NCBI GenBank assembly: GCA_001563335.1
Contig: LRSL01000019.1
Coordinates: 1-58,929, forward strand
Length of the DNA: 58,929 nt
Direction: 5' to 3'
DNA from: Candidatus Thorarchaeota archaeon SMTZ1-45
Lineage (GTDB): Archaea > Asgardarchaeota > Thorarchaeia > Thorarchaeales > Thorarchaeaceae
In this document: piece after piece, positions 27,387 through 37,939 of the stretch
How positions within the stretch are numbered: position 1 is the first letter of the stretch
Layout: each line of letters begins with the position of its first letter
Notes under the pieces: generated by a model
Seen by the model: the letters and a program-made list of their open reading frames with translations, nothing else
What the model was told of the DNA's origin: nothing
Databases searched by the model: none
Made by a program: the position numbers and the translations under genes

Positions 27387-28296
27387 CCGGATTGTGGTCC
27401 CACTAATCCCAGATTGTTCTGCATGTATTGTAAACAGTCTGAAGACGCTCATACCACATCTAACAGAAGACAGGGAAGAACAGAACAAGTTTTTCTCATT
27501 TGCATTCAAACGAATCTCAGAGGGCTACAGAAAGAATCTTACTCCAATACTTCTATCAGTTCAACTCTACCAAGAACTATACAAAATGGGAGGAGTTGAA
27601 GACCCATACTTTGAGATCAAGAAACTAAGCAAAGATTACGCTCTCAAAGTACTTCCATCAATTGAAAGGAAGATAGGTGTCTTTCAGGGATATGAGAGAT
27701 TGAGAGCTTGTCTAGCCGCTTCTATTACTGGCAATGTTATCGATTATAATACTGCAGAGCATAAACCAGATCTTGAAGTATTAATTGATGTCTTCGAGTC
27801 CATCCTTAACCAGGGATTTAGTGTTGATGACTCTGAATCTTTGTGGCAGTCTCTGAATTCAAAGAAAGGAAAACTACTGTTTGTTGCAGACAACGCAGGA
27901 GAAGTCATTCTTGATGTTCCATTACTAAGATTCTTGAAGGAGCTTGGCTGGAAAACGACATTTGTGGTGAAGGGTAGACCAATGGTCAATGATGCAACTG
28001 AAGATGATGTTAAAGGCACAGAGATAGAACAGCTAGCTACTATTGCGAATAGTGGTGCTTGGGCACATGGGGTGCCTCTTAGATATGTAAGCCAGGAGTT
28101 TCTTGACTTGATGTCAGAGAGTGATATTATCATTTCTAAAGGGCAAGCTAATATTGAAACTGTTCCAGAGATTCAACAAAAGTTTGGTGTGGAAACCTAT
28201 TATATCACTAAAGCTAAGTGTTCACACATCTCCCAAGCAATTGGAGCAAAAAAAGGCGACAATGTTATTCTAAAACATCCAAAAATTACCGCTTAA
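27379..28296 (+). CDS. DUF89/ARMT1 damage-control phosphatase
   Basis: PDCSAC, GNVIDY, DNAGEVILD, VNDAT, SKGQANIE and AKC motifs. Confidence 0.9.
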   Translation: MSDRIVVPLIPDCSACIVNSLKTLIPHLTEDREEQNKFFSFAFKRISEGYRKNLTPILLSVQLYQELYKMGGVEDPYFEIKKLSKDYALKVLPSIERKIGVFQGYERLRACLAASITGNVIDYNTAEHKPDLEVLIDVFESILNQGFSVDDSESLWQSLNSKKGKLLFVADNAGEVILDVPLLRFLKELGWKTTFVVKGRPMVNDATEDDVKGTEIEQLATIANSGAWAHGVPLRYVSQEFLDLMSESDIIISKGQANIETVPEIQQKFGVETYYITKAKCSHISQAIGAKKGDNVILKHPKITA

Positions 28297-28414
28297 AAGT
28301 AACGTTTAAAAACGAAAGCTTCCGCGAAGTGCATGTACAGTTTTCTTGAACTGGTCAAAATCAGTCAGTATTATGTCACTGACGAATCAGACCAGTAAAG
28401 GGAGGAACTAATTA

Positions 28415-30052
28415 ATGAGTCAACAAGTACCGGTGATAGTTCTAAGAGAAGACACCGAGAGAACACGTGGTCGTGATGCTCAAAGAAATAACATCATGGC
28501 GGCTATTGTGATTGCTGAAGCAGTGAAGTCCGCTCTTGGGCCCAAGGGTATGGACAAGATGCTCGTTGATAGTTTCGGTGATATTACTGTCAGTAATGAT
28601 GGAGCGACAATCCTGAAAGAGATGGATGTTGCACATCCTGCCGCAAAGATGGTGATTGAGGTCGCAAAAACTGTGGATTCAGAAGTTGGAGATGGCACCA
28701 CCACAGCAGCTATTCTGACTGGTGATTTGCTGAAGCAGGCTGAAACTTTGCTTGACCAGAAAATACATCCAACTACAATTATCAGTGGCTACAGAAAAGC
28801 CACACAGAAAGCATTGGAGGTCATAGAGTCTGTTGAAGAGAAAGTAGACCCAGCAGACAAGGACTACAAGAAGATCCTCATGGATGTTGCAAAGACATCT
28901 ATGTCCAGCAAGTTTGTATCTGGATCAAAAGACATTCTAGCAAAGATAGTTGTTGATGCAGTTTTATCAGTGGCAAAAGAACTGGCTGAAGGTGAGGAAT
29001 TGGATGTTGATGACATTCCTAGACAAAAGCAAGTTGGAATGTCTGTCGACAGGACCGAGCTCGTAAAAGGCCTAGTTCTTGACAAAGAGATAGTTCATGC
29101 TGGAATGCCAAAGCGGGTTGAGAATGCTAAGATTGCATTACTTGAAGCTGCTCTTGAAGTCACGAAGACTGAGTTCGATGCAAAAATCTCAATTACAGCT
29201 CCAAGCTCTATGCAAAGCTTCCTTGATGAGGAGGAGCGAATGCTCAAGAGTATGGTTGACAAGATCGTTGAAGCAGGAGCAAACGTCGTAATCGCTCAGA
29301 AAGGCATTGATGATGTTGTGCAACACTATCTAGCAAAAGAGGGTATTCTAGCAGTCAGGAGAATCAAGAAGTCAGACGTTGAGCGCCTACACAAGACTAC
29401 AGGTGCGACCATCGTTTCTAAGATTCAGAATCTAACAGCAGCAGACCTAGGGACTGCAAAGCTCGTAGAGCAAAGAGATGTTGGTGATGACAAGATGTTG
29501 TTTGTTGAAGGTACTCCAAAGTCGAGTGTCGTCACACTTCTTGTCAGAGGTGGCACAGACCACATAGTCGATGAGGTTGACCGTGCTCTTAATGATGCTC
29601 TATACGTCACTAGAGATGTAATCATGCATCCTGCAGTCACTTATGGTGGCGGTGCACTAGCTGCTGAGATCTCAAAACAGCTCAGAGATTATTCGTCAAC
29701 TCTTGAAGGTCGTGAACAGTATGCAGTGAATGCCTACGCCGATGCTATCGAATCTCTGCCCAATGCCCTTGCTGAAAATGCAGGTCTCGATCCCATTGAT
29801 GTCATTGTCGACCTGAGGAAGGCACACACAGAGGGCAAAGTGTATCATGGCATCAATCTCACAAAGGGTAAAGTAGACGATATGAAAGCAGCGCGTATTG
29901 TGGAGGCAGCTATTGTCAATAGACAGATTGTTATGTCAGCAGCTGAGGCAGCACAAATGATTCTCAAAATCGATGATGTCATTAGCTCCAAGGGAGGTCC
30001 CAGCATGGGTGGTGGCCCAAGAGACAATGGCGACATCGGTGATGATGAATAG
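28415..30052 (+). CDS. ths: Thermosome (group II chaperonin) subunit
   Basis: LGPKGMDKMLV, NDGATIL, GDGTTT, QKGIDD and ILKIDDVI motifs. Confidence 0.97.
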   Translation: MSQQVPVIVLREDTERTRGRDAQRNNIMAAIVIAEAVKSALGPKGMDKMLVDSFGDITVSNDGATILKEMDVAHPAAKMVIEVAKTVDSEVGDGTTTAAILTGDLLKQAETLLDQKIHPTTIISGYRKATQKALEVIESVEEKVDPADKDYKKILMDVAKTSMSSKFVSGSKDILAKIVVDAVLSVAKELAEGEELDVDDIPRQKQVGMSVDRTELVKGLVLDKEIVHAGMPKRVENAKIALLEAALEVTKTEFDAKISITAPSSMQSFLDEEERMLKSMVDKIVEAGANVVIAQKGIDDVVQHYLAKEGILAVRRIKKSDVERLHKTTGATIVSKIQNLTAADLGTAKLVEQRDVGDDKMLFVEGTPKSSVVTLLVRGGTDHIVDEVDRALNDALYVTRDVIMHPAVTYGGGALAAEISKQLRDYSSTLEGREQYAVNAYADAIESLPNALAENAGLDPIDVIVDLRKAHTEGKVYHGINLTKGKVDDMKAARIVEAAIVNRQIVMSAAEAAQMILKIDDVISSKGGPSMGGGPRDNGDIGDDE

Positions 30053-30088
30053 AAAGAGTCAAACGTGGAACAGAATCAGGTGTAGCTC

Positions 30089-30763
30089 ATGTCAGAAGGC
30101 TCTGAAGAACCCAAGAATGATGAAACTGAAGAATCAGATGAGCCAACTATTGAAGAGATAGTAGCTCTCTTGACCAACATTCCAGGTGTTGGTCCAAAGA
30201 CAGCAGAGAAACTTGCTGCTGCAGGCTTTGACACGCTGGAGAAGGTAGTCAAAGCGGATAAGGAAGAACTAGCTGCTGCAGTTGCAGGTCTTAGTGTTGC
30301 AAAAGCTGAAGCTACAATAGCTGATGCAGCAGACCTTCTTGAGAAGGTTAAGTCTGGAGCCATTGACCTGAGTGGTAGATCGAAATCCAAAAGGAAGAAA
30401 GCTCCTGAGCCTGAACCGGATAGGCACGTGCTAGAACCTATCGCAGCCATAGCTAAGGCTGAGGAACGTAAGAAACTTATGACTGGCTATGATGAAGAGA
30501 AGCTAGCGATGGGAATTCCTGTTGGTCCGAAGTGGCTCACCAAATTTGAAAAAGCCCGCATAATTGGTGCTCGAGCCCTTCAGATCTCAATGGGAGCTCC
30601 AGTTTTAATAGACATGAAGACAGCTCCAACGGGACGTTTCGGTTTCGCTGAGGCTGAACTCAGAGCCGGGGTTCTACCTATGACTGTTCGAAGGACTCTT
30701 CCCACTGGCGAGTATCACGATATTCCATTGTCAATACTTTTAAAGAACACGAGGTTGGACTAG
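30089..30763 (+). CDS. rpoK: RNA polymerase subunit Rpo6/K (RPB6/omega) fused to an N-terminal helix-hairpin-helix domain
   Basis: C-terminus [22 protein letters not shown]...[10 protein letters not shown]; N-terminus [15 protein letters not shown]...AGLSVAKA. Confidence 0.9.
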   Translation: MSEGSEEPKNDETEESDEPTIEEIVALLTNIPGVGPKTAEKLAAAGFDTLEKVVKADKEELAAAVAGLSVAKAEATIADAADLLEKVKSGAIDLSGRSKSKRKKAPEPEPDRHVLEPIAAIAKAEERKKLMTGYDEEKLAMGIPVGPKWLTKFEKARIIGARALQISMGAPVLIDMKTAPTGRFGFAEAELRAGVLPMTVRRTLPTGEYHDIPLSILLKNTRLD

Positions 30764-30868
30764 TTCCAGCCTCGTTGCTCATTTTCTTTTCAAACATCTG
30801 TATGTGCAATCATACTACGCCTTAAAAGCAAGTCATTAAATTCATAGTACTCCTAATGGTGAGTAAAC

Positions 30869-32191
30869 ATGCAGGAAACTTTACTACCCAGTCAAGTACT
30901 AATTGTCAAAATCTTACTGGGTTTTGTAGTTGGTGCTCTTATTGGTTTAGAGCGTCAGAAGAAGTTGGATGCTGAACGTGTTGTTGGGGTACGATCATTC
31001 GGTCTGCATAGTTTACTTGGCACACTTGCTGCATACTCATCTCAGATGTTAGGTGAATCTGTAATTCTAATTTACTCAATAGTAATTTCATGCATACTCG
31101 TCACCACACAGATATACTACAAGATATTTCGGGCTGGAGGAAAGGGTCTTACAACCTCACTTGTGTTTGCAATATCATTTGTTCTTGGAGTTCTTGTTGG
31201 ATTAGACATTCCAGAGGAAGGAGTAGTTATTGGGGAACTCAGTGTACTAGCAATGACTGTGTCATTTGGTGTGTTTGTTGTCCTTTGGTTCAAAGAGGAA
31301 CTCGCCCATGCTGTGGAGGTTATTACTCGTGATGAAATGATAAGTGCTGTTGAACTGGGTGTAATAATTCTCTTTCTCTGGCCTCTGGTGCCGGAATCAG
31401 TAGTGATAGGAGCAATAGAGTATCCCTCTTTCACAATTTACCTTCTAATTGTCATTCTTCTTTCCATTAGTTTTGCAAACTACCTACTAGTAAAGAAGTT
31501 CAAAGACAAAGGAGTCTATTTCTTTGGATTTTTTGGAGGTTTGGCAAACAGTGAAGCTGCAGCTACAAGTGTTACTGACTTCTATGTCCATTCAGAACGC
31601 AGAGGGTCAGGTAAAATCTCTTTATCGATCATTCTTTCAAATGTAGCAATGATAGTTCGAAATGGATTCCTTCTCGTTATACTGGATACAACATTCAGAT
31701 TGTTTGGTTTGTATCTGATACCTATTGCACTCATTATCATATTCAGTATGATTCGTATTATTCTGGAGGAACGTTCAGAAGACCGCCCAGATGCACAGAT
31801 GTTCGATATTAAACTTGTTTCACCATTTGAATTTGGGGCGGCTCTTCGTTTCGCAGCAATATTTGCAGTTGTCTATCTAGTGCAGCTAATTCTGACTATA
31901 ACATTTAGTGATGCTGGAGTTATTGTTGCAGCTATCATAGGCGGTTTTGTATCCGCAGGGGCTGTCGTTGCCAGTGCTGCGACTTTATTCGTAACAGGAG
32001 AAATGACTATTTCTATCGCATTCAATGCAATCATTCTTGCCACTACAATGTCAGTTCTAAACAAGATGCTTTACACGTATCTTGCTGATAGACAAACAGC
32101 ACTTTTGAAGAAGGTTGCACGGGATTCAATCATGATTGGAGCATTCTTGATTATCTATCTTCTTCTGTTGTCGCTTGGACTTTTAATCTAG
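30869..32191 (+). CDS. MgtC/SapB + DUF4010 membrane protein
   Basis: GALIGLERQ, GVRSF, GLTTSL and GFFGGLANSEA motifs. Confidence 0.88.
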   Translation: MQETLLPSQVLIVKILLGFVVGALIGLERQKKLDAERVVGVRSFGLHSLLGTLAAYSSQMLGESVILIYSIVISCILVTTQIYYKIFRAGGKGLTTSLVFAISFVLGVLVGLDIPEEGVVIGELSVLAMTVSFGVFVVLWFKEELAHAVEVITRDEMISAVELGVIILFLWPLVPESVVIGAIEYPSFTIYLLIVILLSISFANYLLVKKFKDKGVYFFGFFGGLANSEAAATSVTDFYVHSERRGSGKISLSIILSNVAMIVRNGFLLVILDTTFRLFGLYLIPIALIIIFSMIRIILEERSEDRPDAQMFDIKLVSPFEFGAALRFAAIFAVVYLVQLILTITFSDAGVIVAAIIGGFVSAGAVVASAATLFVTGEMTISIAFNAIILATTMSVLNKMLYTYLADRQTALLKKVARDSIMIGAFLIIYLLLLSLGLLI

Positions 32192-32352
32192 CAGAACATT
32201 GAAAATCCAACACAAGACTTAAAGTGGAAGAAAACAGACTCGCTGTCGGTGACAAAAGTGATAGATGGTGGATTTGTTCATCCAAATGAATAGACCTAGT
32301 GCAACCTCCGCCAGCTCCACATGTGACCGAAACGTATTCTGGAGGAATTCCA

Positions 32353-33666
32353 ATGAGTGAGATGAGAACAGTTCGAGGTATGAGAGACCTCATGGGCTTA
32401 GAAATGCAGGTTAAGAACTATCTAATGGAAACTGCAATTCAGGTCTTTGAACAATATGGATATGAGCCCTTGGATTCTCCAGTAATGGAACTCTGGGAAA
32501 CGTTATCAGCCAAAGGTGGAGAAGAGGTTGAAGCTGAAACATTCAAGTTTACGGATAAAGGGGATCGAGATGTTGGTCTAAGGTTTGATCTCACTGTTCC
32601 TCTTGCAAGAATTGTTGCTACCAACCCGCATTTGCCCAAACCATTCAAGCGTTATGCTGTCGGTAAGGCATGGAGGTACGATAGACCACAAGCCGGCAGA
32701 TATCGAGAGTTTGAGCAAGCAGATGTGGATATCGTGGGAGCTGAGAGTGTAGCAGCAGATGCCGAAGTTGTTCTAGTTGCACTTGAATTTCTCAAGCGTG
32801 TTCTTGGTTCAAACTATCTGATTCGCATCAACAACCGCAAGGTTCTTCGTGGTATGACAGAAAAAGCAGGAGTCACAGATGATCTTGCTTTTGAATGCTT
32901 CCGTGCAATAGACAAGCTAGATAAGATTGGTAAAGAAGGAGTCCTTCAGGAGCTTGAATCAAGGGGCATAGGCAAGGAGCAGAGTAATTTCCTTATTGAT
33001 GCGATAGCAATCAAGGGTAGTGGAAAATCCGTTCTAAAAAAATTCAGAAATATCCTAATAGGTTCAGATATTGGAAATGAGGGAATTGATGAACTTACAC
33101 TTATGGCGGAGATATTTGAAGAGAGTGGAGTTTCGCAATTCATCGAATTTGACATGTCGCTCGCCAGAGGCTTGGATTATTACACTGGTCCTGTCTTTGA
33201 AGGCAGATATCTAGGTGAACCTGAAGTTGGTTCTATCTTGGGTGGCGGTCGTTATGACCGACTCATCGAAAAGTTTGGAGGACTATCAGCACCAGCAACT
33301 GGTATTTCCCTAGGTATTGGAAGATTAATTGATGTTGTAATTGCGAGAGGCATGGGAAAAGAACTCATGAAACAACTCGATATTTTCATAGCTCCAATTA
33401 ATCGTAACATGCTTCGATACGCGATTTCGTTTCAGACAAAGCTCGTACAAGCTGGTTTCTCGTGTGAGGTTGATTTAATGGAGAGACCACTCAAAAAAAT
33501 CCTAGAACAGGCAGATTTGAAGAATGCTAAGTACACGATCATTGTTGGGGAACGTGACTTGGAGAAAGGAGAAGTTAGTATTCGGGATATGACTTCCAAA
33601 AAAACAAAACAAGTCAAGATAGAATCATTGACAGGTTATCTAGCCAAAGCTCTCGAAAAGGATTAA
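32353..33666 (+). CDS. hisS: Histidyl-tRNA synthetase
   Basis: RGMRD, LRFDLTVPLAR, RYDRPQAGRYREFEQ, RGLDYYTG and GGGRYD; ATG 32353 after GGAGG. Confidence 0.97.
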   Translation: MSEMRTVRGMRDLMGLEMQVKNYLMETAIQVFEQYGYEPLDSPVMELWETLSAKGGEEVEAETFKFTDKGDRDVGLRFDLTVPLARIVATNPHLPKPFKRYAVGKAWRYDRPQAGRYREFEQADVDIVGAESVAADAEVVLVALEFLKRVLGSNYLIRINNRKVLRGMTEKAGVTDDLAFECFRAIDKLDKIGKEGVLQELESRGIGKEQSNFLIDAIAIKGSGKSVLKKFRNILIGSDIGNEGIDELTLMAEIFEESGVSQFIEFDMSLARGLDYYTGPVFEGRYLGEPEVGSILGGGRYDRLIEKFGGLSAPATGISLGIGRLIDVVIARGMGKELMKQLDIFIAPINRNMLRYAISFQTKLVQAGFSCEVDLMERPLKKILEQADLKNAKYTIIVGERDLEKGEVSIRDMTSKKTKQVKIESLTGYLAKALEKD

Positions 33667-33756
33667 GACATACCTTTCATCACTTTCATTGAGAGAAGAT
33701 TTCACGGAGACCAAAGGCTTTTTTCATTGAGTGATAATGCTGTCTATGGGATTACT

Positions 33757-34596
33757 ATGGTTCGAATGCCAGTGGTCGCAGGACGATTTTACGAGGGAAA
33801 AGAGGATTTGCTTCAAGAACGCTTGAAAAACTGCTTCACAGGTTCTCTAGGACCTGGAAGACTTCCAGATGGAGAACCTGGTTCAGTGAGGTCTCTAAAG
33901 GCTGTAGTTGCTCCGCATGCGGGCTACATGTACTCCGGAATGCCTGCAGCACATACATATCTTAGTGTTTTTGAAGATGGAATACCAGATCATATTGTTA
34001 TGCTCGGACCAAATCATACAGGAATTGGTGCAAGAGTAGCTGTTTGTAATGAAGACTGGCAGACACCATTAGGTATAGCACAATACGATAGTGTTCTAGG
34101 AGCTGCGATTGTTGAGGAAGATGAGTATGCCACATTCGACTGCGTAGCGCATAGTAATGAACACTCACTTGAAGTTCAGGTCCCATTCCTGCAATACACG
34201 TTTGGACCTGGTGTAAGCTTCGTACCTATCTGCCTATCAGACCAGTCCTATGTTGTTTGCGAGTCAATTGGTAAGACATTGGCTAAATTGGCTGGAGAGA
34301 TGGATATTCTTGTTATTGCTAGCTCTGATTTCACACACTTTGAATCAGCTGAGAGTGCACGTAAAAAAGACAATCAAGCAATGGAATTTCTTGAATTCCT
34401 TGACCCAGAAGGATTCCTATCATTTATACGTGCACACAGAGTGAGTATATGTGGAGCAGGACCAATCGCAGCAGCTATGATTTTCGCAAAAGAGAAAGGT
34501 GCATCACAATTCAATCTCCTAAAGTATACGACATCTGGGGATATAACCAAGGATAACTCAAGTGTTGTTGCCTATGTAGCAGCAACTATCGTCTAG
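33757..34596 (+). CDS. amrB: AmmeMemoRadiSam system protein B (MEMO1 family)
   Basis: PVVAGRFY, APHAGYMYSG, GPNHTG, EHSLEVQVPFLQ, SSDFTH and ICGAGP motifs. Confidence 0.92.
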   Translation: MVRMPVVAGRFYEGKEDLLQERLKNCFTGSLGPGRLPDGEPGSVRSLKAVVAPHAGYMYSGMPAAHTYLSVFEDGIPDHIVMLGPNHTGIGARVAVCNEDWQTPLGIAQYDSVLGAAIVEEDEYATFDCVAHSNEHSLEVQVPFLQYTFGPGVSFVPICLSDQSYVVCESIGKTLAKLAGEMDILVIASSDFTHFESAESARKKDNQAMEFLEFLDPEGFLSFIRAHRVSICGAGPIAAAMIFAKEKGASQFNLLKYTTSGDITKDNSSVVAYVAATIV

Positions 34597-35906
34597 CTTT
34601 GAAAGACATTTTCCTCATCATGCATTGATGTACTAGCAATATCAGCAGAACCACCAGGTATGAGGACTGCAGCAACTACTCCACCTATGACTGATACAAC
34701 ACCAGCAATCATCAGGCTGATGCCACTTGAACCAGTATCATCGAAAACACGGCCACCAATGAGTGGGCTGACAGCATAGGCACTGTTACTTACTGCGCCA
34801 AATAATCCCATGACACTTCCATATGCACTTGGGTCAGTCAGATCAGCAATGAGGGCTTGTATTGCTGGACCACGCATTGACATTCCAATCGCTAAAACGA
34901 TTCCAGCAATAAGGAGTTCTATAACTGTCACAGATATCATGAACATGACCATTGATCCAGCTCCAATTAATGCTCCAATTACTATGAGCCACTTCCTACC
35001 TTTCATATCTGAAAGCTTTCCAAACGTAATGTTTCCAAAAATCATCACTATTCCAATAACACCAAAAAATGCTCCAATCTCAATTGGTTCAACACCTATG
35101 TTGATAACTGCATCAAGTAGGAATGCCACTTCAAGAATTCCCATTGCGAACATGTTTGCAAACATTGCCATTCCAAGCGCCCCATAACTGCCACGAGCTC
35201 TTGACAAGATTAGACCGAGTTTTGATAATGAATTTCGAATTGCTATATGTCGAGGAACATTTTCGCCGACATAGGGGATCTTTCTTGTTGGTTCTTCAAC
35301 GAGCCAATATACCATTGCCATTGTAATTATTGTGATAATGGCGGCAATAATGAAAGGCATACGAATACCCAGATACTGCGCAAGAACTCCTCCCAAAGCT
35401 GGACCAGCAATGAAGCCAACCATATTACCAGTGCTCAAATATCCCATACCAGTTCCTCTATTCTCAATTGTCGTCACATCGGAAACAAATGCGTTTGCCG
35501 CAGGAAAGAATCCTGCTGAAACAGCACCCTCTAATGCTCTCGCAGAAATCATTACAATGACATCCATGGCGAAAGCATAGATGACATTTGCAAAAGCAAA
35601 TCCAAGAAGAGCTCCAAGTAAGACCGGTTTTCTACCAATCCTATCTGAGAAACCACCCAGAGGACCTGCGAAAAGAATACGAGAAATAGCAAATGAAGAG
35701 GCTAGAACGCCAAGCTCAAGACCAGCCATACCAAGTGATTCAATATAGAATGGGAAGATGGGTGTAATAATACCAAACCCTATCTGAAGTACAGCGAGAG
35801 AAAATGCGAGCATCCAAACCTGATAGATTCCAGTCCGACCGTATTTATCCTCAATTAAGGCTTGACTGCTTTCATCTGTACTAAAGGTCTGAGTTTCGGG
35901 GTCCAT
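34593..35906 (-). CDS. MFS transporter (DHA1/TetA-like)
   Basis: GGFSDRIGRKPVL and GKLSDMKGRK motifs; 12 TM segments. Confidence 0.9.
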   Translation of the reverse strand: MDPETQTFSTDESSQALIEDKYGRTGIYQVWMLAFSLAVLQIGFGIITPIFPFYIESLGMAGLELGVLASSFAISRILFAGPLGGFSDRIGRKPVLLGALLGFAFANVIYAFAMDVIVMISARALEGAVSAGFFPAANAFVSDVTTIENRGTGMGYLSTGNMVGFIAGPALGGVLAQYLGIRMPFIIAAIITIITMAMVYWLVEEPTRKIPYVGENVPRHIAIRNSLSKLGLILSRARGSYGALGMAMFANMFAMGILEVAFLLDAVINIGVEPIEIGAFFGVIGIVMIFGNITFGKLSDMKGRKWLIVIGALIGAGSMVMFMISVTVIELLIAGIVLAIGMSMRGPAIQALIADLTDPSAYGSVMGLFGAVSNSAYAVSPLIGGRVFDDTGSSGISLMIAGVVSVIGGVVAAVLIPGGSADIASTSMHDEENVFQS

Positions 35907-35970
35907 TAATAGAACACTCTCTCGCTCGCAGGATGTGAACCTTTTGAAGGTTTGCTAACGGGCGATTGAT

Positions 35971-36480
35971 TCATTTATCGATGATTACTTTTCGAACACC
36001 CCTAATATCAGCAAGCGTTTCTATGACCTTTCCTGACAGAGGCTCTTCTGTAATCACTTTCAAACAAGGATCTTGATAGATTGCTACATCCTCTGCAAGT
36101 ACCTGTCTAATTGGAATGCCATATCCAGCTATCCTCGATGTAACTTCAGATAGAATCCCTGGTGAACCAGGTGACTCAACAAAGATAGTCACAACCCCAT
36201 AACCAAGTACACTTTTTACTTTTTCAAGCGATGGCCCTGCAGGTCTTAAAAGAGAAAAGAACTCACATAGCTCTTCATTTTCACAAATATCCTCTGTAGT
36301 TGCACGCACTGTACGACGATCAATGCCAAGAGCAGTCCCTAAGGACTTCAGTGGAATCCTAATATCACCACATTTGATTACACCAGGTCTTTCAACATGA
36401 AAGCCATGTCGAACAATTGCCTCAGCAACCTTCAGCCGTTGTGGAGATTCACTGAGGTAATCAACAATAGTACGCCACAT
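35971..36480 (-). CDS. Archaeal ACT-domain regulator of amino-acid metabolism (COG2150-like)
   Basis: LGIDRRTVRAT HTH; PGILSEVTSRIA...IRQV ACT domain. Confidence 0.8.
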   Translation of the reverse strand: MWRTIVDYLSESPQRLKVAEAIVRHGFHVERPGVIKCGDIRIPLKSLGTALGIDRRTVRATTEDICENEELCEFFSLLRPAGPSLEKVKSVLGYGVVTIFVESPGSPGILSEVTSRIAGYGIPIRQVLAEDVAIYQDPCLKVITEEPLSGKVIETLADIRGVRKVIIDK

Positions 36481-36498
36481 AGAGGAGCACCTTGCAAA

Positions 36499-37032
36499 TT
36501 ATTCAACCAACTCTTTCTCCATAAGCACCTCATCTATTAGACCTTTGGGCATGTTAAAGTGCTTCTTTCTAATGCCAACAATTCGATATCCAAGCGAGTC
36601 ATAGAGTCTTTTGGCAGCCTCATTATCATCGAAGGTGCTAAGTATGATTTTGGTGTAATCTTTAGCGAGAGCTGCTTCTTCACCGGACAACATGAGAGAT
36701 TTGCCAATTCCATTACTTCTGCAATCCTTCCTAACAACGATTCCAAGTTTTGCTACATGTTGAGATGCATTCCATTCTTCTGGTTGAATCGACAAATGAC
36801 CAACATACTCACTGTCGATATGAGCAACAAGAAGAATTTCACGTGTGCGTTTTGTGCGCTCTATCCAAGTCTTCCAATCAGACACATGAGAATTGGCAGC
36901 AAAAGTCGGGAGCCACATATATTCTTCTACTACATTCTTGAAGCCCTCAAATAAATGACTTGCATCATCAGCTTGTGCCTCACGAACAGTGATTATTCGA
37001 CCATCTTTGGCATTATACTCCCTTACTTGCAA
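36499..37032 (-). CDS. GNAT N-acetyltransferase
   Basis: RSNGIGKSLM and NEAAKRLYDSLGY motifs. Confidence 0.88.
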   Translation of the reverse strand: MQVREYNAKDGRIITVREAQADDASHLFEGFKNVVEEYMWLPTFAANSHVSDWKTWIERTKRTREILLVAHIDSEYVGHLSIQPEEWNASQHVAKLGIVVRKDCRSNGIGKSLMLSGEEAALAKDYTKIILSTFDDNEAAKRLYDSLGYRIVGIRKKHFNMPKGLIDEVLMEKELVE

Positions 37033-37099
37033 TTATTACACCGGAAGCATGACGCTCAGAGGTTAGAAAAAGGGTTTTGGTCTGACAAAAAAAAATAGT

Positions 37100-37939
37100 T
37101 CATACCTCTGGCGTCAGCATCGGAATATCAACTCTTGCACCAGGTCTTGGGAGAGAGCAAGTATAGACACGATCAAGCTCAATATAGCCAGTCGAATCGT
37201 TTAACACTCTGAAGTTGCCCTTTAGTTGAAATGCGGCAGGTTCAAGCGTTACAAGTGACACCGCTACTCGTGAACCATCCTTAATTGAAAATCCCCTACG
37301 TTTTTCCTCCCCTCGCTTTAAGACAATTCTATTAGAGGATACAGGTAGCATTCCAAACTCAGGATAAACAATGGGATAGCCATCCTCTGAAATATAGGCG
37401 ATGATTTTTACTGCAGCCATTTGCGACATTCGGTTAAACACATTGAGAGGCATATTGCCTTCATTTGATTCCTGAATTGGTACCTTTCGACTTGCCAGCT
37501 TCGCTTTCAGAAATGCCAAGAGAACGTTCATCTTTGAAATACCAAACTTTTCACTCGCCCAAATAGCCTCGGCGACACCAGCACCTCTTGCATTTGTGTA
37601 TTGATTATAGCGAAAGAGAGGTGTTTGTGCAATGAACTCATATATCTCATCATTACGATGAAAAGATTCAAAATCAGCCTTGATTAACCAACTATCTAGA
37701 TCTGTTGTAAACACCAAAATCGAGAACTTGGTATTCCCATTGTTCAGGTTGTTCCTAGTTTTGTATGTCATGAAGTCACCATAAACTAACGTATTCCCTT
37801 CATATACAGTCCATGATAGAACTGGTACAACATTAGGTTCACCTGATGAGTCCTTTGTCGCCATGAACTTAGGCGTTTCAAATGTCTTCATTGCATCTAT
37901 GAGATCTTGTTTCAATCCAGAATCAACCACAGGTTTCAA
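37100..37939 (-). CDS. Tandem FMN-binding split-barrel (pyridoxamine 5'-phosphate oxidase-like) protein
   Basis: KFMATKDSSGEPNVVP...KTRNNL, plus a second similar domain KIIAYISEDGYP...AFQLKG. Confidence 0.7.
   Translation of the reverse strand: MKPVVDSGLKQDLIDAMKTFETPKFMATKDSSGEPNVVPVLSWTVYEGNTLVYGDFMTYKTRNNLNNGNTKFSILVFTTDLDSWLIKADFESFHRNDEIYEFIAQTPLFRYNQYTNARGAGVAEAIWASEKFGISKMNVLLAFLKAKLASRKVPIQESNEGNMPLNVFNRMSQMAAVKIIAYISEDGYPIVYPEFGMLPVSSNRIVLKRGEEKRRGFSIKDGSRVAVSLVTLEPAAFQLKGNFRVLNDSTGYIELDRVYTCSLPRPGARVDIPMLTPEV

Noticed and set aside
30089-30400. RadA/Rad51 gene fragment
   Set aside because: Only the HhH module is present and it is in frame with an intact Rpo6 core; there is no RecA-type ATPase.
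33757-34596. MEMO1 as a eukaryotic signature cytoskeletal gene
   Set aside because: The family is widespread in archaea and bacteria (AmmeMemoRadiSam system).
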